From: an uncultured Planctomycetota bacterium
Lineage (GTDB): Bacteria; Planctomycetota; Planctomycetia; Gemmatales; Gemmataceae
Length of the DNA: 64,000 nt
Assembly (NCBI GenBank): GCA_963849325.1
Contig: CAWKHF010000005.1
Span: 352,001-416,000 of the forward strand
Direction: 5' to 3'
Position numbers and translations under genes: made by a program. Positions within the stretch are counted from its first letter, which is position 1; every line of letters starts with the position of its first letter. Positions 46,970-58,232 of this stretch are shown in pieces. The notes under the pieces are model-generated. The model did not search any database. It was not told the DNA's origin and saw nothing but the letters and a program-made list of their open reading frames with translations.

Positions 46970-47217
46970 GGTTTCTCCGGGACATCGTCGTACTCGTTCA
47001 TGTCCTCCCAACCCGCGTGCTTGCCCGCCTCCCAGGCCAGATCGTGAAGCTCCTCGCGCGTCCACGAACTGTCGTCGTACTCCTCCTCCTTTAGACGCTC
47101 GTATTCGTCAACGCGGAGCAAGACGAACGTCTCCTTGGTCCGGGGATTCACGAGGCGCGGCGGGGCGGCTTCGGAGTTCTCCAGCGCTCGCATTTGTTGT
47201 TCGGTCAGTTCGATCAT
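46966..47217 (-). CDS. Putative antitoxin
   Basis: Acidic 83-aa ORF (MIELTEQQ..GWEDMNEYD) with ATGA overlap into the toxin. Confidence 0.75.
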   Translation of the reverse strand: MIELTEQQMRALENSEAAPPRLVNPRTKETFVLLRVDEYERLKEEEYDDSSWTREELHDLAWEAGKHAGWEDMNEYDDVPEKP

Positions 47218-47381
47218 GACGACCTCCTTTTCCTGCATCGTACCGCTTCCGCACCCTGCCGGCCATCGCTGGTAGATTCGTCTCCGGCGACGCGAAATCG
47301 AGCGGGGGCTTGAAATCCCCTGCCCGAACCCGCAATCTACCTGGATTACCGGGCAACCCGACTCCCGCGGAGCCGATTGCG

Positions 47382-49699
47382 ATGGCGGAGCCGACCAGCA
47401 TCACCACAACCCCTGCCTCCCTTTCGGGGAACCTCGCTCCGGAGGAATCGAAGCACCAGCCGTATGTCCCCGATACCGTGAACATGCCGGAGTTCACCTG
47501 GACAGGCCGTCCTGCTCGGCGCTGGACTCGGCATCCTCTTCGGCGCCTCGTCGCTGTATCTGCTGCTCAAGGTCGGCATGACCGTGTCGGCGTCGGTGCC
47601 CATCGCCGTGCTGTCGATCACGCTGTTCCGCGCCTTCTCGCGGGCCTTCGGCTTTCGCCGGGCGACCATCCTGGAAAACAACATCGTGCAGACGACCGGC
47701 TCGGCCGGCGAGTCGATCGCCTTCGGCGTCGGCGTCACCATGCCGGCGCTGCTGCTGCTCGGCTTCGAGATGGACGTGGTCCGCGTCATGACCGTGTCGG
47801 TGCTGGGCGGACTGCTCGGCATCCTCATGATGATCCCGCTGCGGCGGGCCTTCATCGTCAAGCAGCATGGCAAGCTGACTTATCCCGAGGGGACGGCCTG
47901 CGCCGAAGTGCTGGTCGCCGGCGAGAAGGGCGGGGCCACGGCGCGCATGGTCTTCGTCGGCTTCGGCATCGCGCGCGTGCACAAGTTCTTGACCAAGGCG
48001 TGCAAGCTCTGGGCCGACGAGCCGGCACAACATCTTTACCAGATCGACAAGGGCGTCAAATACGGCCTGCCGGGCGCCGAGGTCAGCGGCGAGTTGGCGC
48101 CGGAGTTGCTCGGCGTCGGCTACCTGATCGGGCCGCGCATCGCCTCGCTGATGATCGCCGGCGCCTTGCTATCGTACTTCGTGATCGGCCCGCTCATCGC
48201 CACCTTCGGCGACAAGCTCCCCGAGCCGGTATCGCCGGCCAAGACGCTGATCCACGACATGGGACCGGGCGACTTGAAGGCCAACTACCTGCGCTACATC
48301 GGCGCCGGCGCCGTGGCGGCCGGCGGCATCATCAGCATGATGCCGCGCGATGCCGCTGATCCTCGCCTCGATCGTCTCCGGTCTGCGCGACCTGCGCGCT
48401 ACGCGCGTCGCCGGCGCCGAGGCCGTCGCCCGCACCGAGCGCGATCTGTCGATGAACGTCGTCCTGTTCGGCAGCCTCGGTCTGGTCGTCCTGCTGATGT
48501 GCGTGCCGGCCCTGGGACTGGGCTTCAGCTTCCAGGGATTGCTCGGCGCCCTGATGATCCTGCTGTTCGGCTTCCTGTTCGTCACCGTCTCGTCGCGGCT
48601 GACCGGCGAGGTCGGCTCGTCGTCCAACCCGATCTCCGGCATGACCATCGCCACGCTGCTGATGACGTGCCTGATCTTCCTGGCCCTGGGCCGCATCGGC
48701 CCGTCGGCGATGCTGACGGCGCTGACGGTGGCGGCGGTGGTGTGCATCGCCTCGTCCAACGGCGGCACCACGTCGCAGGACCTCAAGACCGGCTACCTGG
48801 TCGGGGCCACGCCGCGCAAGCAGCAATTGGCCATCCTGGTCGGCGCCCTGACCTCGGCTGTGGTGATCGGCGTGACCATGCTCGCCCTCGACGCCGCCGG
48901 CACCCATTACACCAACCAAGAGCTGCCAAAGAGCAAATTCGTCATCCCTCCGGACGCTCCGCGCGAACGGGCCGGCAAGCCCCACGAGGACGATGTCAAC
49001 GAATATCACGTCGTTCACGTCCGCGAGAGAACGACGAGCAACAATCCCGAGGTAACGCCGGGCCGCTATCTCGTCAAGGACGGATGGTTCGCCGGCGTAT
49101 CGAACCGATATGCCGATCAATCGCAAACGGCCCAAGATGGACAACGGTCAGGATGCCCCCGAGGCGTTCGCCGCTCCGCAGCCGCAGCTGTTCGCCCTGC
49201 TCATCGAGGGCATCCTCGGCGGCAAGCTCGAATGGGGCCTGGTCGTCATCGGCGTGCTTGATCGCCGTGGCGCTGGAGCTGGCGGGGGTGTCGGCGCTGC
49301 CGTTCGCGGTCGGCATGTATCTGCCGCTCAGCGCCACGACGCCGATCTTCGTCGGCGGCATGTTGCGCTGGCTGGCGGACCGGCTGCGCGGCCGGTCGGC
49401 GTCCGAGGCCGAGACGGAAACCAGTCCCGGCGTGCTGCTGTCCAGCGGCTACATCGCCGGCGGGACGCTGTGCGGTCTGGTCATCGCCTTCTTCGTGTTT
49501 CTGCCGGATAGCTTCAACCAAACCCTGGACCTCAGCCGCTTCCTGGGCGACGGAATACGTGCGAAAGGCGCGGCCGAGCCGAAGCGGGTCGCGCTGCTGA
49601 TGTTTCTCGATTCTGGCGGCCGTGTTGTTGTGGGTAGGAGTGCGCAGGGCGCCCGTGGAGGACGATGCGGCCGGGACATCGAATCACTCTTCCGTTTAG
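47382..49699 (+). CDS. OPT-family oligopeptide transporter (several frameshifts)
   Basis: TVSASVPIAV, ENNIVQT.GSAGES, LTYPEGTACAEV, GSSSNPISG, SQDLKTG.LVGATP, APQ, FAVGMYLP. Confidence 0.93.
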
Positions 49700-49757
49700 C
49701 CGCGACGCGCAGCGGAGCGCGCTCGCGCTCCGCTGCGCGTCGCGGCTAAACGGAAGA
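49688..49757. repeat. REP-like palindrome GTTTAGCCGCGACG family, copy 2
   Basis: Perfect arms extended by TCTTCC/GGAAGA. Confidence 0.9.
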
Positions 49758-49787
49758 CTCCTTCTTCTCCTGGAGAGGATCTCTGTC

Positions 49788-51877
49788 ATGAAGATTCTGC
49801 TATTGGCGACGCTGATCGGAACGGGCCTGCTGCTGACCGCCGTGCCCGTCGTCTTCGGCGACGAGGGCATGTGGCTGTTCAACAACCCGCCGCGTCCGCA
49901 ACCTCAAGAAGCACTACGACTTCGACATCACGCCCGACTGGCTCGAACACGTGCAGAAGTCGTCGGTGCGCTTCAACAGCGGCGGCTCCGGCTCGTTCGT
50001 CTCGGCCGACGGCCTGGTGATGACCAACCACCACGTCGGCGCCGACTGCCTGCAGAAGATCAGCGACAAGGAGCACAACTACGTACCGCGACGGCTTCCA
50101 CGCCCGCACCGGGGCCGAGGAACGCAAGTGCGACGACCTGGAACTGAACGTCCTCATGAGCATCGAGGACGTGACCGAGCGCGTCAAGGCGGCGGTCAAG
50201 CCGGATATGACAGCCGGCCGAAGGCGTTCGCCGCCCGCCGCGCCGTCATGGCCGAGATCGAGAAGGAATCGCTCGACAAGACCGGCCTGCGCAGCGACGT
50301 CGTCACGCTCTACCAGGGCGGACAGTATCACCTTTATCGCTTCAAAAAGTACACCGACGTGCGTCTGGTCTTCGCCCCGGAGCAGCAGATCGCCTTCTAC
50401 GGCGGCGACCCGGACAACTTCGAGTATCCGCGCTACGACCTCGACGTTTGCTTCTTCCGCGTCTACGAGAACGGCAAGCCGGCCCGGATCGAGCACTATC
50501 TGAAGTGGAGCAAGGCCGGTGCGAAGAAGGACGAACTGGTGTTCGTCTCCGGCCATCCCGGCCGCACCGACCGCCTGGCGACGCTGGCCGAGCTGGACTA
50601 TCTGCGCGACACCGGCTTCCCGTTCCTGCTGCAGCGGCTGAACCGCTGGGAAGTGCTGCTGCTGGCGTTCAGCGGCCGCAGCGAGGAGAACGCTCGACAG
50701 GCCAAGGAACTGCTATTCGGCGTGCAGAACAGCCGCAAGGCCCGCGTCGGCGGCCTGGCCGGCCTGCTCGATCCGCAGCTGATGGCTCGCAAGAAAGCAG
50801 CAGGAAAAGAGACTGCGAGCCAAGGCCGCCGAGGATGAATCCCTCAAGGACACGCGCACCGCCTGGGACCGCATCGCCAAGGCGCAGAAGGTCCGCGCCG
50901 CCAACATTCGTCCGCTACACCATGCTCGAAGCCGGCGCCGGCTTCAACAGCGAGTTGTTCGGCATCGCCCGCACGCTGCTGCGCGCCGCCGCGGAGAAGG
51001 CCAAGCCCAACGCCCAGCGTCTGCGCGAGTTCCGCGACTCCAACCTCGAATCGCTGGAACTTCAGCTCTTTTCGACGGCGCCCGATCTACGACAACTACG
51101 AGAAGGTCAAGCTGGCCGACGCTCTGACCTTCCTGGCCGGCGAACTGGGCTACGACAACGCGCTGGTGAAGAAAGTGCTGGCCGGCAAATCGCCGCGGAA
51201 CGCGCCTACGAGCTGGTCAACGGCACCAAGGTCAAGCGGGTGGCGTTCCGCAAGAAGCTGTACGAGGGCGGCAAGGAGGCGGTGGACGACGCCAACGACC
51301 CGATGATCGAGCTGGCCCGCCTGGTCGATCCCGAGGCGCGGGCGGTGCGCAAGGTCATCGAGAGCGAGGTCGAGGAGGTGCAGCGGCAGGCCTACGCCGA
51401 GATCGCCAAGGTCAAGTTCGCCCTGGAGGGCACCAACACCTACCCCGACGCGACCTTCACGCTGCGGCTGGCGTTCGGCAGGTCAAGGGCTACGAGGAGG
51501 ACGGCAAGCACGTGCCGTTCGAGACGACCTTCGCCGGCCTGTACGAGCGGGCCAAGGAGAAGAACAACCGGCCGCCGTTCGACCTGCCGCCGCGCTGGGT
51601 CGAGAAAAAGGACAAGCTGAACCTGAAGACGCCGTTCAATTTCGTCTGCACGGCCGACATCATCGGCGGCAACTCGGGCAGTCCGGTCATCAACCGGCAA
51701 GCCGAGGTGGTGGGCCTGATCTTCGACGGCAACATCCAGTCGCTGGTGCTGGACTTCGTCTACAGCGACGAGCAGGCCCGCGCCGTGTCGGTCCACTCGG
51801 CCGGCATCGTCGAGGCGCTGCGCCAGGTCTACGACGCCGACGAGCTGGCCGACGAGCTGACGGGACGGAAGAAGTAG
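49788..51877 (+). CDS. S46 family dipeptidyl peptidase (several frameshifts)
   Basis: Signal peptide + DEGMW; GGSGSFVS.DGLVMTNHH; GGDPDNFEYPRY; YPDATFTLRL; DIIGGNSGSP; GLIFDGN. Confidence 0.93.
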
Positions 51878-51886
51878 AGGCGTCGT

Positions 51887-51918
51887 TCGGGACTCGTAGC
51901 GTACGCTACGAGTCCCGA
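51887..51918. repeat. Perfect 32-bp palindrome (terminator or REP-like)
   Basis: TCGGGACTCGTAGCGT|ACGCTACGAGTCCCGA just after the S46 stop. Confidence 0.75.
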
Positions 51919-52014
51919 CGAAATCGGGTGAGCACGTCTGCTCGGACGCCCGACACGTCCTCCATTCTGCTAGACTGTATTGGTGATGATTTTCCCTTTG
52001 AAATGGGAGCCGCT

Positions 52015-52290
52015 ATGACGTTCCCCGTGATCGTTCATCCTTCGCACGGTCAATTTGAAGCCGCACTCGTTGGTGCGCCCGACGTATGCGCTACGGCTGC
52101 GACACGCGAAGAAGCGCTCGCCGCACTGGAAACGGCGATTGCGCGGCGACTGGATCAGGGTGAGCTGGTCGCGCTGGAAGTTCGCCGCCGCGGTTTGGCC
52201 GGGTTATTTGGGAGATACCGCGACGATCCCACCTTGCGCGAAATCTGTCAAGCGGTCTACCAAGAGCGCGATGCCGACGTGCGGGAATGA
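52015..52290 (+). CDS. Putative antitoxin (HicB-like N-terminus)
   Basis: A.AATREEALA.L..G.YRDDPTL.EI; ATGA overlap with the PIN gene. Confidence 0.75.
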   Translation: MTFPVIVHPSHGQFEAALVGAPDVCATAATREEALAALETAIARRLDQGELVALEVRRRGLAGLFGRYRDDPTLREICQAVYQERDADVRE

Positions 52291-52706
52291 AAGCGTTCGA
52301 CACCGACATTCTGACGGAAATCCTGGCGGGCAATCCGGCCTACGCCGAGCGAATCGCAAAGGTTGCGGTCGTTGAGCAGGCGGTGCCGATTGTCGCCGTC
52401 GAGGAAATTCTCCGCGGCCGACTCAACGCCATCCGCCAAGCGGAAGCCGCCAAAGCGAAAATCACGATTGAACAAGCTTATATGCTGTTCGAGCCAACGC
52501 TGGCCGACATCCGCGAGGTGAAGGTTCTTTCGTTTACCGAGCAGGCGGAGGGGTTGCGGAACGAATGGCGGAAATTGAAAATCCGAGGGTCCACGCACGA
52601 TCTGCGTATAGCCGCGATTTGCGTGGTGAACGCGGCCACGTTGGTCACGCGCAATCGCCGTGACTTCCAGAACATTCCAGGACTCGCGGTTGAATTTTGG
52701 GAATAG
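52287..52706 (+). CDS. VapC-family PIN toxin
   Basis: FDTDIL, EE..RG, DLRIAAI..TLVTRN.RDF..IPGL.VE.W. Confidence 0.93.
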   Translation: MKAFDTDILTEILAGNPAYAERIAKVAVVEQAVPIVAVEEILRGRLNAIRQAEAAKAKITIEQAYMLFEPTLADIREVKVLSFTEQAEGLRNEWRKLKIRGSTHDLRIAAICVVNAATLVTRNRRDFQNIPGLAVEFWE

Positions 52707-53102
52707 CCAGCTCCCCCCGCTCGCCTTTCTCGTTCTGCCTCATCCGCCATCAGCGCACGCATCAACGCTGAGCAATCCATTCGCGCACGCCGGCCGTCCC
52801 GCCGTCGCTTTGATGGCGTAAGTACCTGAATGACAGATGGTTCAAGCAATCGGAGTGCCGGTCTTTCCGCCCGGCACGTCACTTGCCTTTACCAATGCTC
52901 AACCTCTCCCGGCGGAGCATACTCATCCGGATTACCTGAACAGGTAACGCCTTTTTCATATGAGTATGCCTACAATGCCTGGCCCTCCGAAGGATGTCAG
53001 GAACCTGCCACCCATGCTCTCTCCGCTGCCGGCTGGGCGACCCGTTGACGCGAAAGGGCTCGCCAGCGCCCGGACCCCGAAAGTCTACTTGGGAGACCTC
53101 CA

Positions 53103-53591
53103 ATGAAATGGATGAGCCGCACGTTCGGTAGCGCCTTCGTTTTCGCCGCCCTGTTGCTGAGCTTCTCCGATCTGCCCGTCGAAGGGATGGTTGATCTGCT
53201 GCTCCAGGCGGACCCGTCCGCGGATCGCATCTCGCTGGTCGAGGAGCAGCGCCGGAGCGTCCAGCTGGCGGAGGAGTCCACCATCGTCCTCGCGCGCCTC
53301 CGCAACAAGGACCGGATCTCGCAGCAGGTGATCGCGGGAGACCTGACCCTGTTGCAGGCGGCGGCCAGGTTCATCGCCCTCAACGACACGCCCGAGAGCC
53401 GCGAAAACCTCCGCCGCGCCTTCCCGGCCCATTCCGAGGGCGAGAGCGTCTGTCTCCAGGTGATGAAGTGGGTCGAGAGCGAGGCCCGCTTGCGGGCGTC
53501 GCCCAGTCAGGCCGAGGCGGTCTGCCGTCGTTTGCAAGAGGAGCTGTGCGCGCATCTGGAATATCACGGCACCGTAACACTGTCGGAGTGA
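53103..53591 (+). CDS. Hypothetical protein with N-terminal hydrophobic segment
   Basis: GGAGA RBS; LTLLQAAARF..FP..SEGE..C.QV..W; typical codon usage. Confidence 0.7.
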   Translation: MKWMSRTFGSAFVFAALLLSFSDLPVEGMVDLLLQADPSADRISLVEEQRRSVQLAEESTIVLARLRNKDRISQQVIAGDLTLLQAAARFIALNDTPESRENLRRAFPAHSEGESVCLQVMKWVESEARLRASPSQAEAVCRRLQEELCAHLEYHGTVTLSE

Positions 53592-54666
53592 GACGGCGGC
53601 GATTCCGCCAGCCAGGGCCGAACGACCTCGCGGCCGAAGCGTGTACTAAACGGCGTGGCCGCACGCGGCAGCACGTGGGTCAGGTCGAAGAAATCGTCGT
53701 CCGGCACCCAGTCGCGGGTATCGAGGATGGCGAGGTGGTAGGTGTCGGCCAGTTGCTTCAGGTATGCCTGGAGACGTTGCCGAGTCGCCGGGGGATAGCA
53801 GGCGCGGAGGACGCTGTGTTCGGGCATGAGCAGCAGGGCGGCGCGGACGTGGCGCCGGCTACACTCGTCGAGCAGTTCGTGCAGGGCGCGGTCGGCCACC
53901 GGCTTGACCTGGAATTGTTCGAGGATGGGGCGCATCTGCCGGCGGACGTCCTCAATGCGGCGCTGGAAATCCTGCGGCGAGCCGCGCTCCGACGGGGCCG
54001 GCAGCCAGCCCAGCTCCTTCGGCTCGCGCCGGCCACAGTCGGGCCAGAACACGATCGGCCCTTCGTGACGCGGCAGCAACACCGGAGCGTAGCGATCCAG
54101 GACGCGGGCACGATGGCATAGCACCGGCGCGAAGCCTTCGCGGAGCAGCTGCGTCAGCCCCGCCGCCCGCGCCGCGAAATAGCGGTACACAAACGGCCCA
54201 TCGATCCACTCCAGTCCGCGAGCCGTGAGGAAGCTCTCTTCCGCGAAGCCGGCCTCCTGCGTCAGCATCGCCGGAAAGACCTCGATCAACACCGAGTCCG
54301 GCCGTACTCCCGCGGCCAGGACGCGGCGGAAGACGAGCAGTTCGTGCAGCGGTCCTCCCCACAACAGCGCGGCGTTGAAGACCGTCGGCGTCGCGGCGGC
54401 GTCGCCGAGCAAGGGATTGAGGACGGTGGGCCGGATGGCGTTGGCCGGACGCGAGCTGCCCAGGACCAGGACCAGCGGCCGGCCGGGCGTCTCGGCCACG
54501 CGCGCCGCAGGCTGGTCAGGACCGAGCTGAATTCGGGATCGCGCAGCTCGGGATGACGATGACCCAGCCAGAACCCTAGGGCGAGCTGGCAGCACGCGAA
54601 CAGTACGAGCGTCCACAGCACCGCCGCCCGTCCCCGCGGCGCCGGGCTGAGAAAGAGCCGCGACAT
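53564..54666 (-). CDS. SGNH-like (DUF1574-like) membrane-anchored protein (frameshift about 54505)
   Basis: TM helix, VLVLGSSR, FFDLTH (DxxH). Confidence 0.7.
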
Positions 54667-54756
54667 GACAGCACCTCCCGGATACCGACCCGAATCGGGA
54701 GGGGATAATCCGAGGCACCAGTCCTGTCAATGCCAGTTCCGATCGGCCAATGGTCC

Positions 54757-55941
54757 TCAACGCTTGATCGTCTTCGGCACGGGGTCGGTGGCGAACGGCC
54801 AATCTACCGGCTGATACTTGATGCCCAGGTGCGGCGTCTCGACGCGGCGATGCTTCTCGGCCCGGCTCGTCATCACCGCGTCGAGAATGCCGGTGGTCAG
54901 CAGCGTCCGCTCGACGGGGTAGGCGGCGTGTCCGGTCTGCATCATGGAGTCGATGGCCCTGACGAGATAGGCGAAGTGGCCGAACGGATCGGGATGCTGC
55001 AAATAGAAATGCGTGGCAACCGGCTTATCGCGGCCCTTGAGTCGGCCGGCGAAGATGAAGGCGCCGCCGTCGCCCTCGTGGATCCAGCCGTTGGGCATCA
55101 GGACCGCCGCTCGGAAGCCGTCGCGGTACTCGATGAGAAACAGTCCGGCGTCCTTCGCCTTCGATGTCGTCTCGCGGATGTCGGTCCTGGCGTGCGCCGG
55201 CACCAGCGCCGACGCCGCCTCCAGCAGCGGCTTCGACCAGCGGCCCTCGTCCAGCGCCTGCCACATGGCCGCGCCTTGCAAACACTGCACGGCGCGGACG
55301 CCGGTCTCGCCGCCCTTGCGGCGCTCGGCCATGCACTGCAAGCCCTCCAGGGCGTGGAAACCGTAGCCCTCGAATGGCCCGTAGCCGATCTGCACTGCCT
55401 CGATCAGCGGGCAGTCCTTCGGCAGTTTCAACGGCGGCCGCCGCCACGTCAGCGGCACCGACGAGCCGGCCATCAGCGGCACGAACAGGGCGCGCGATCG
55501 ATCATACATCCATTTCGCGTCGGTCCACGTCGCGGACAAGTGCTTATCACTGAACACCGGCATGGACTTTTTCGACTTCTCGAAGACCTGGCACACTTCC
55601 TCGAAGAAGCGGCGGCGCGGGTAGAGAACTTGGCCGCGCGCGTTCTTCGGATAGTCGCCGTGCTCGCCGATGCACAACACGCCATCCACGGCCAACCCGT
55701 CGCCGCCAAGCGTCAGGGCGCCCGCGATGGTGGGATAGATGGTGAAGCCGTGCTTCTTCGCCAGGTCACGGCTCCTGTCCTTCGCCGGCGTCTGATCGAC
55801 GTACAGGGACACGAGTTTCAGGTTTGGGCCAGCGCCGCCGTCGTGGTTGTACCCTTCGAGGATTTTGCCGACGATGACGTCGGCGTGCGACCAGCGCGTG
55901 TACACGGTGACGACGGCGGCAACTCGTTTGGGTTGGTTCAT
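54757..55941 (-). CDS. Hypothetical protein, divergent Gfo/Idh/MocA-like oxidoreductase
   Basis: SHADVI.GKIL.G, VDGVLCIGEHGDYP, PVFSDKHLS, MAGSS.P, YGFHALE, YPVERTLLTTG. Fold assignment is inferred. Confidence 0.7.
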   Translation of the reverse strand: MNQPKRVAAVVTVYTRWSHADVIVGKILEGYNHDGGAGPNLKLVSLYVDQTPAKDRSRDLAKKHGFTIYPTIAGALTLGGDGLAVDGVLCIGEHGDYPKNARGQVLYPRRRFFEEVCQVFEKSKKSMPVFSDKHLSATWTDAKWMYDRSRALFVPLMAGSSVPLTWRRPPLKLPKDCPLIEAVQIGYGPFEGYGFHALEGLQCMAERRKGGETGVRAVQCLQGAAMWQALDEGRWSKPLLEAASALVPAHARTDIRETTSKAKDAGLFLIEYRDGFRAAVLMPNGWIHEGDGGAFIFAGRLKGRDKPVATHFYLQHPDPFGHFAYLVRAIDSMMQTGHAAYPVERTLLTTGILDAVMTSRAEKHRRVETPHLGIKYQPVDWPFATDPVPKTIKR

Positions 55942-55954
55942 AGGCGCTCCCAAT

Positions 55955-56017
55955 GTTTAGCCGCGACGCGCAGCGGAGCGCGGCCGTCCCGCGCTCCGCT
56001 GCGCGTCGCGGCTAAAC
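55955..56017. repeat. REP-like palindrome GTTTAGCCGCGACG family, copy 3
   Basis: Same arms as 26948-27010. Confidence 0.9.
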
Positions 56018-56021
56018 GAAA

Positions 56022-57017
56022 TCACTCGGCGGGTTGCAGCTTCGGAAAATTCTTCGATACCAAGGTCTCAAACTTCGTATCGGTCTTGCGGACCATGCGG
56101 GCGCTGGCGCCGCGGGACTCGATGATCTTCATGCCCTTTTCCGGCCCAAGCACGGCGGCCACCTTCGTCAGACTATCGGAGTCGATACCTTTTTTCGCCA
56201 CGACTGTCACGCTCATTCGGCCAACCAAGCCAATCCCCGTTCGCGGATCGACAATGTGCGAATAGCGCTTGCCGTCGATCTCGACGAACTGCTCGGCGTC
56301 GCCGGAGGTGGACACGGCGGCGTCGCGCAGGACGAGGCGGCCGGCGTCCTTCTCGCCGGGCAGCGGAGCGATGGCGACCTTCCAGCCCTCGGCGCCGGGC
56401 GGCGGTCCACTGACGGCGATGTCGCCGCCGGCAGCGACGAGAGCGCGGCCCAGTCCGTGCTTGTGCAGCACCGTCAGCGCCTCGTCGGCCGCGTAGCCCT
56501 TGGCGATGCCGCCCAGGTCGAGCAACATGCCCGGCTTGAGCAGCTGCACCGTGCGCGCCTTCTCGTCCAGGCGGACGTTGCGCCAGCCGACCAGGGCGCG
56601 AGCCTCGGCCAACTTCTCGGTGTCGGGCAACTTCTTCTGCTTGCGCGCCTTGCGCCACAGACGCACCACCGGGCCGACTGTCACGTCGAATGCGCCATCG
56701 GATTGTCGGGACACTTCCTGCGCACGGGATAGAACAAAGAACAGTTCGGCGCTGACCGGCACGGGCGGCCCGCCGGCGCGGGTACACAAGCGCATCAATT
56801 CGCTGGTTGGATCGTAGTCGCTCATGGTAGCATTGAGGGACGCGATGCGAGCGAAGGCGTCCCGGACAGCGCGGTCGGCCATGTCCCTGTCCGGCGCGTA
56901 AACGAGGATTCGGAACCGCGTACCCATGTGCGGTTCGGTGTAGCTGTAGCGCGACAGGGCGGGTTCCGCCCCTCCCGCCAGCAGGACGGCCAGCAGACCG
57001 AATAGACGCGGACGCAT
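56022..57017 (-). CDS. apbE: FAD:protein FMN transferase
   Basis: MGT, SDY.P.SEL, GAFDVTVGP, LDLGGIAKGYAAD, GGDI, STSG, YSHIVDPRTG. Confidence 0.95.
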   Translation of the reverse strand: MRPRLFGLLAVLLAGGAEPALSRYSYTEPHMGTRFRILVYAPDRDMADRAVRDAFARIASLNATMSDYDPTSELMRLCTRAGGPPVPVSAELFFVLSRAQEVSRQSDGAFDVTVGPVVRLWRKARKQKKLPDTEKLAEARALVGWRNVRLDEKARTVQLLKPGMLLDLGGIAKGYAADEALTVLHKHGLGRALVAAGGDIAVSGPPPGAEGWKVAIAPLPGEKDAGRLVLRDAAVSTSGDAEQFVEIDGKRYSHIVDPRTGIGLVGRMSVTVVAKKGIDSDSLTKVAAVLGPEKGMKIIESRGASARMVRKTDTKFETLVSKNFPKLQPAE

Positions 57018-57071
57018 GGCGTGGACCTCCTCAATCGACAACCTCTGGCAACGTTGTGGAGATTACCACAG

Positions 57072-58108
57072 ATGGGACGACTGTTACAGTTTTCCGTGGC
57101 TGCCAGTCTCGGCGTGCTGGTCCTGGCCCTGGGACGGCCGGGCGAGATCCCCGAGGCGGCGCCGGCCCGCGCCGAAGCGCCGGCGGCGGCGCATCCGTCG
57201 TACACGGAGACCATCCCCGGCACCCAGGCGAAGTTTGAGATGATCGCCATCCCCGGAGGCGAATTCGTCATGGGCAGTCCGGCCACGGAAAAGGACCGCA
57301 AGGACGACGAAGGGCCGCAGCATCCCGTCAAGGTTCGACCGTTCTGGATGGGCAAGTGCGAGGTGACGTGGGACGAGTTCGACCTGTTCTGGCGCGCCAA
57401 GCCGGGCCAGAAAGAGGACAAGGAGCCGGACAATCCCAAGGACGCCGACGCCGTCACGCGACCGACGCCGCCCTACGCCGACGAGACCTTCAAAAAGGGC
57501 CGCGAGGGTCATCCGGTCCTGTGCATCACCTGGCACGCCGCCATGCAGTATTGCCGCTGGTTGTCGGTCAAGACCGGCAAGGCCTACCGTCTGCCGACTG
57601 AGGCCGAGTGGGAGTACGCCTGCCGCGCCGGCACCAAAACGGCCTACTTCTTCGGCGACGATCCCGCCAAGCTCGGCGATTACGCCTGGTTCATGGATAA
57701 TGCCGACGACAAGACGCATCCGGTCGGCAGCAAGAAGCCCAATCCGTGGGGTCTGCACGACATGTACGGCAACGTGTCCGAATGGTGTCTCGACGAATAC
57801 AAGAGCAACGCCTACGCCGGTTTCTCCTCCGACAAGCCGACGCTGGCGCCGGTGGTGCTGCCGGGCGAGAAAGTGTTCCGCGCGCGGTGCGTGGCGGCTC
57901 GTGGGGCGACGAGGCCAAGGACTGCCGCAGCGCCGTCCGGTTGGCCTCGGAGCTGGCCTGGATGGTCCAGGATCCGCAACGGCCGCGCAGCATCTGGTGG
58001 CTGACCGACGCCGATTTCGTTGGGTTTCGTGTGGTCCGTGCTGTCGAGGAACAGGACAATTTGAAGGGCTTCCGCTCGCGGATCACGCGGCAAAGCCCGG
58101 TGGAGTAA
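57072..58108 (+). CDS. Secreted FGE/sulfatase-modifying-factor (SUMF1-like, C-type-lectin fold) domain protein (frameshift about 57885)
   Basis: Signal peptide; GGEFVMGS..DEGPQH.V, EVT, YRLPTEAEWEYACRAG, PNPWGLHDMYGNVSEW, RGGSW, GFRVV. Confidence 0.92.
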
Positions 58109-58111
58109 CGC

Positions 58112-58168
58112 TACCAGCCCAGAGCGTCAGCGACGGGGCGGACCCGTCGCTGACGCTCTGGGCTGGTA
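58112..58168. repeat. REP-like palindrome (AGCCC.GAGCGTCAGCG family)
   Basis: TACCAGCCCAGAGCGTCAGCGACGGG-N5-CCCGTCGCTGACGCTCTGGGCTGGTA. Confidence 0.9.
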
Positions 58169-58232
58169 TCCCTGCGTTCCTGGTATGGTGCCGGGCGCAG
58201 GGCCAATCCTTTCGCACCAGGAGAGACACGAG

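Noticed and set aside
57072-58108. DGR target (FGE/C-type-lectin fold)
   Set aside because: No template repeat or reverse transcriptase is in the window.
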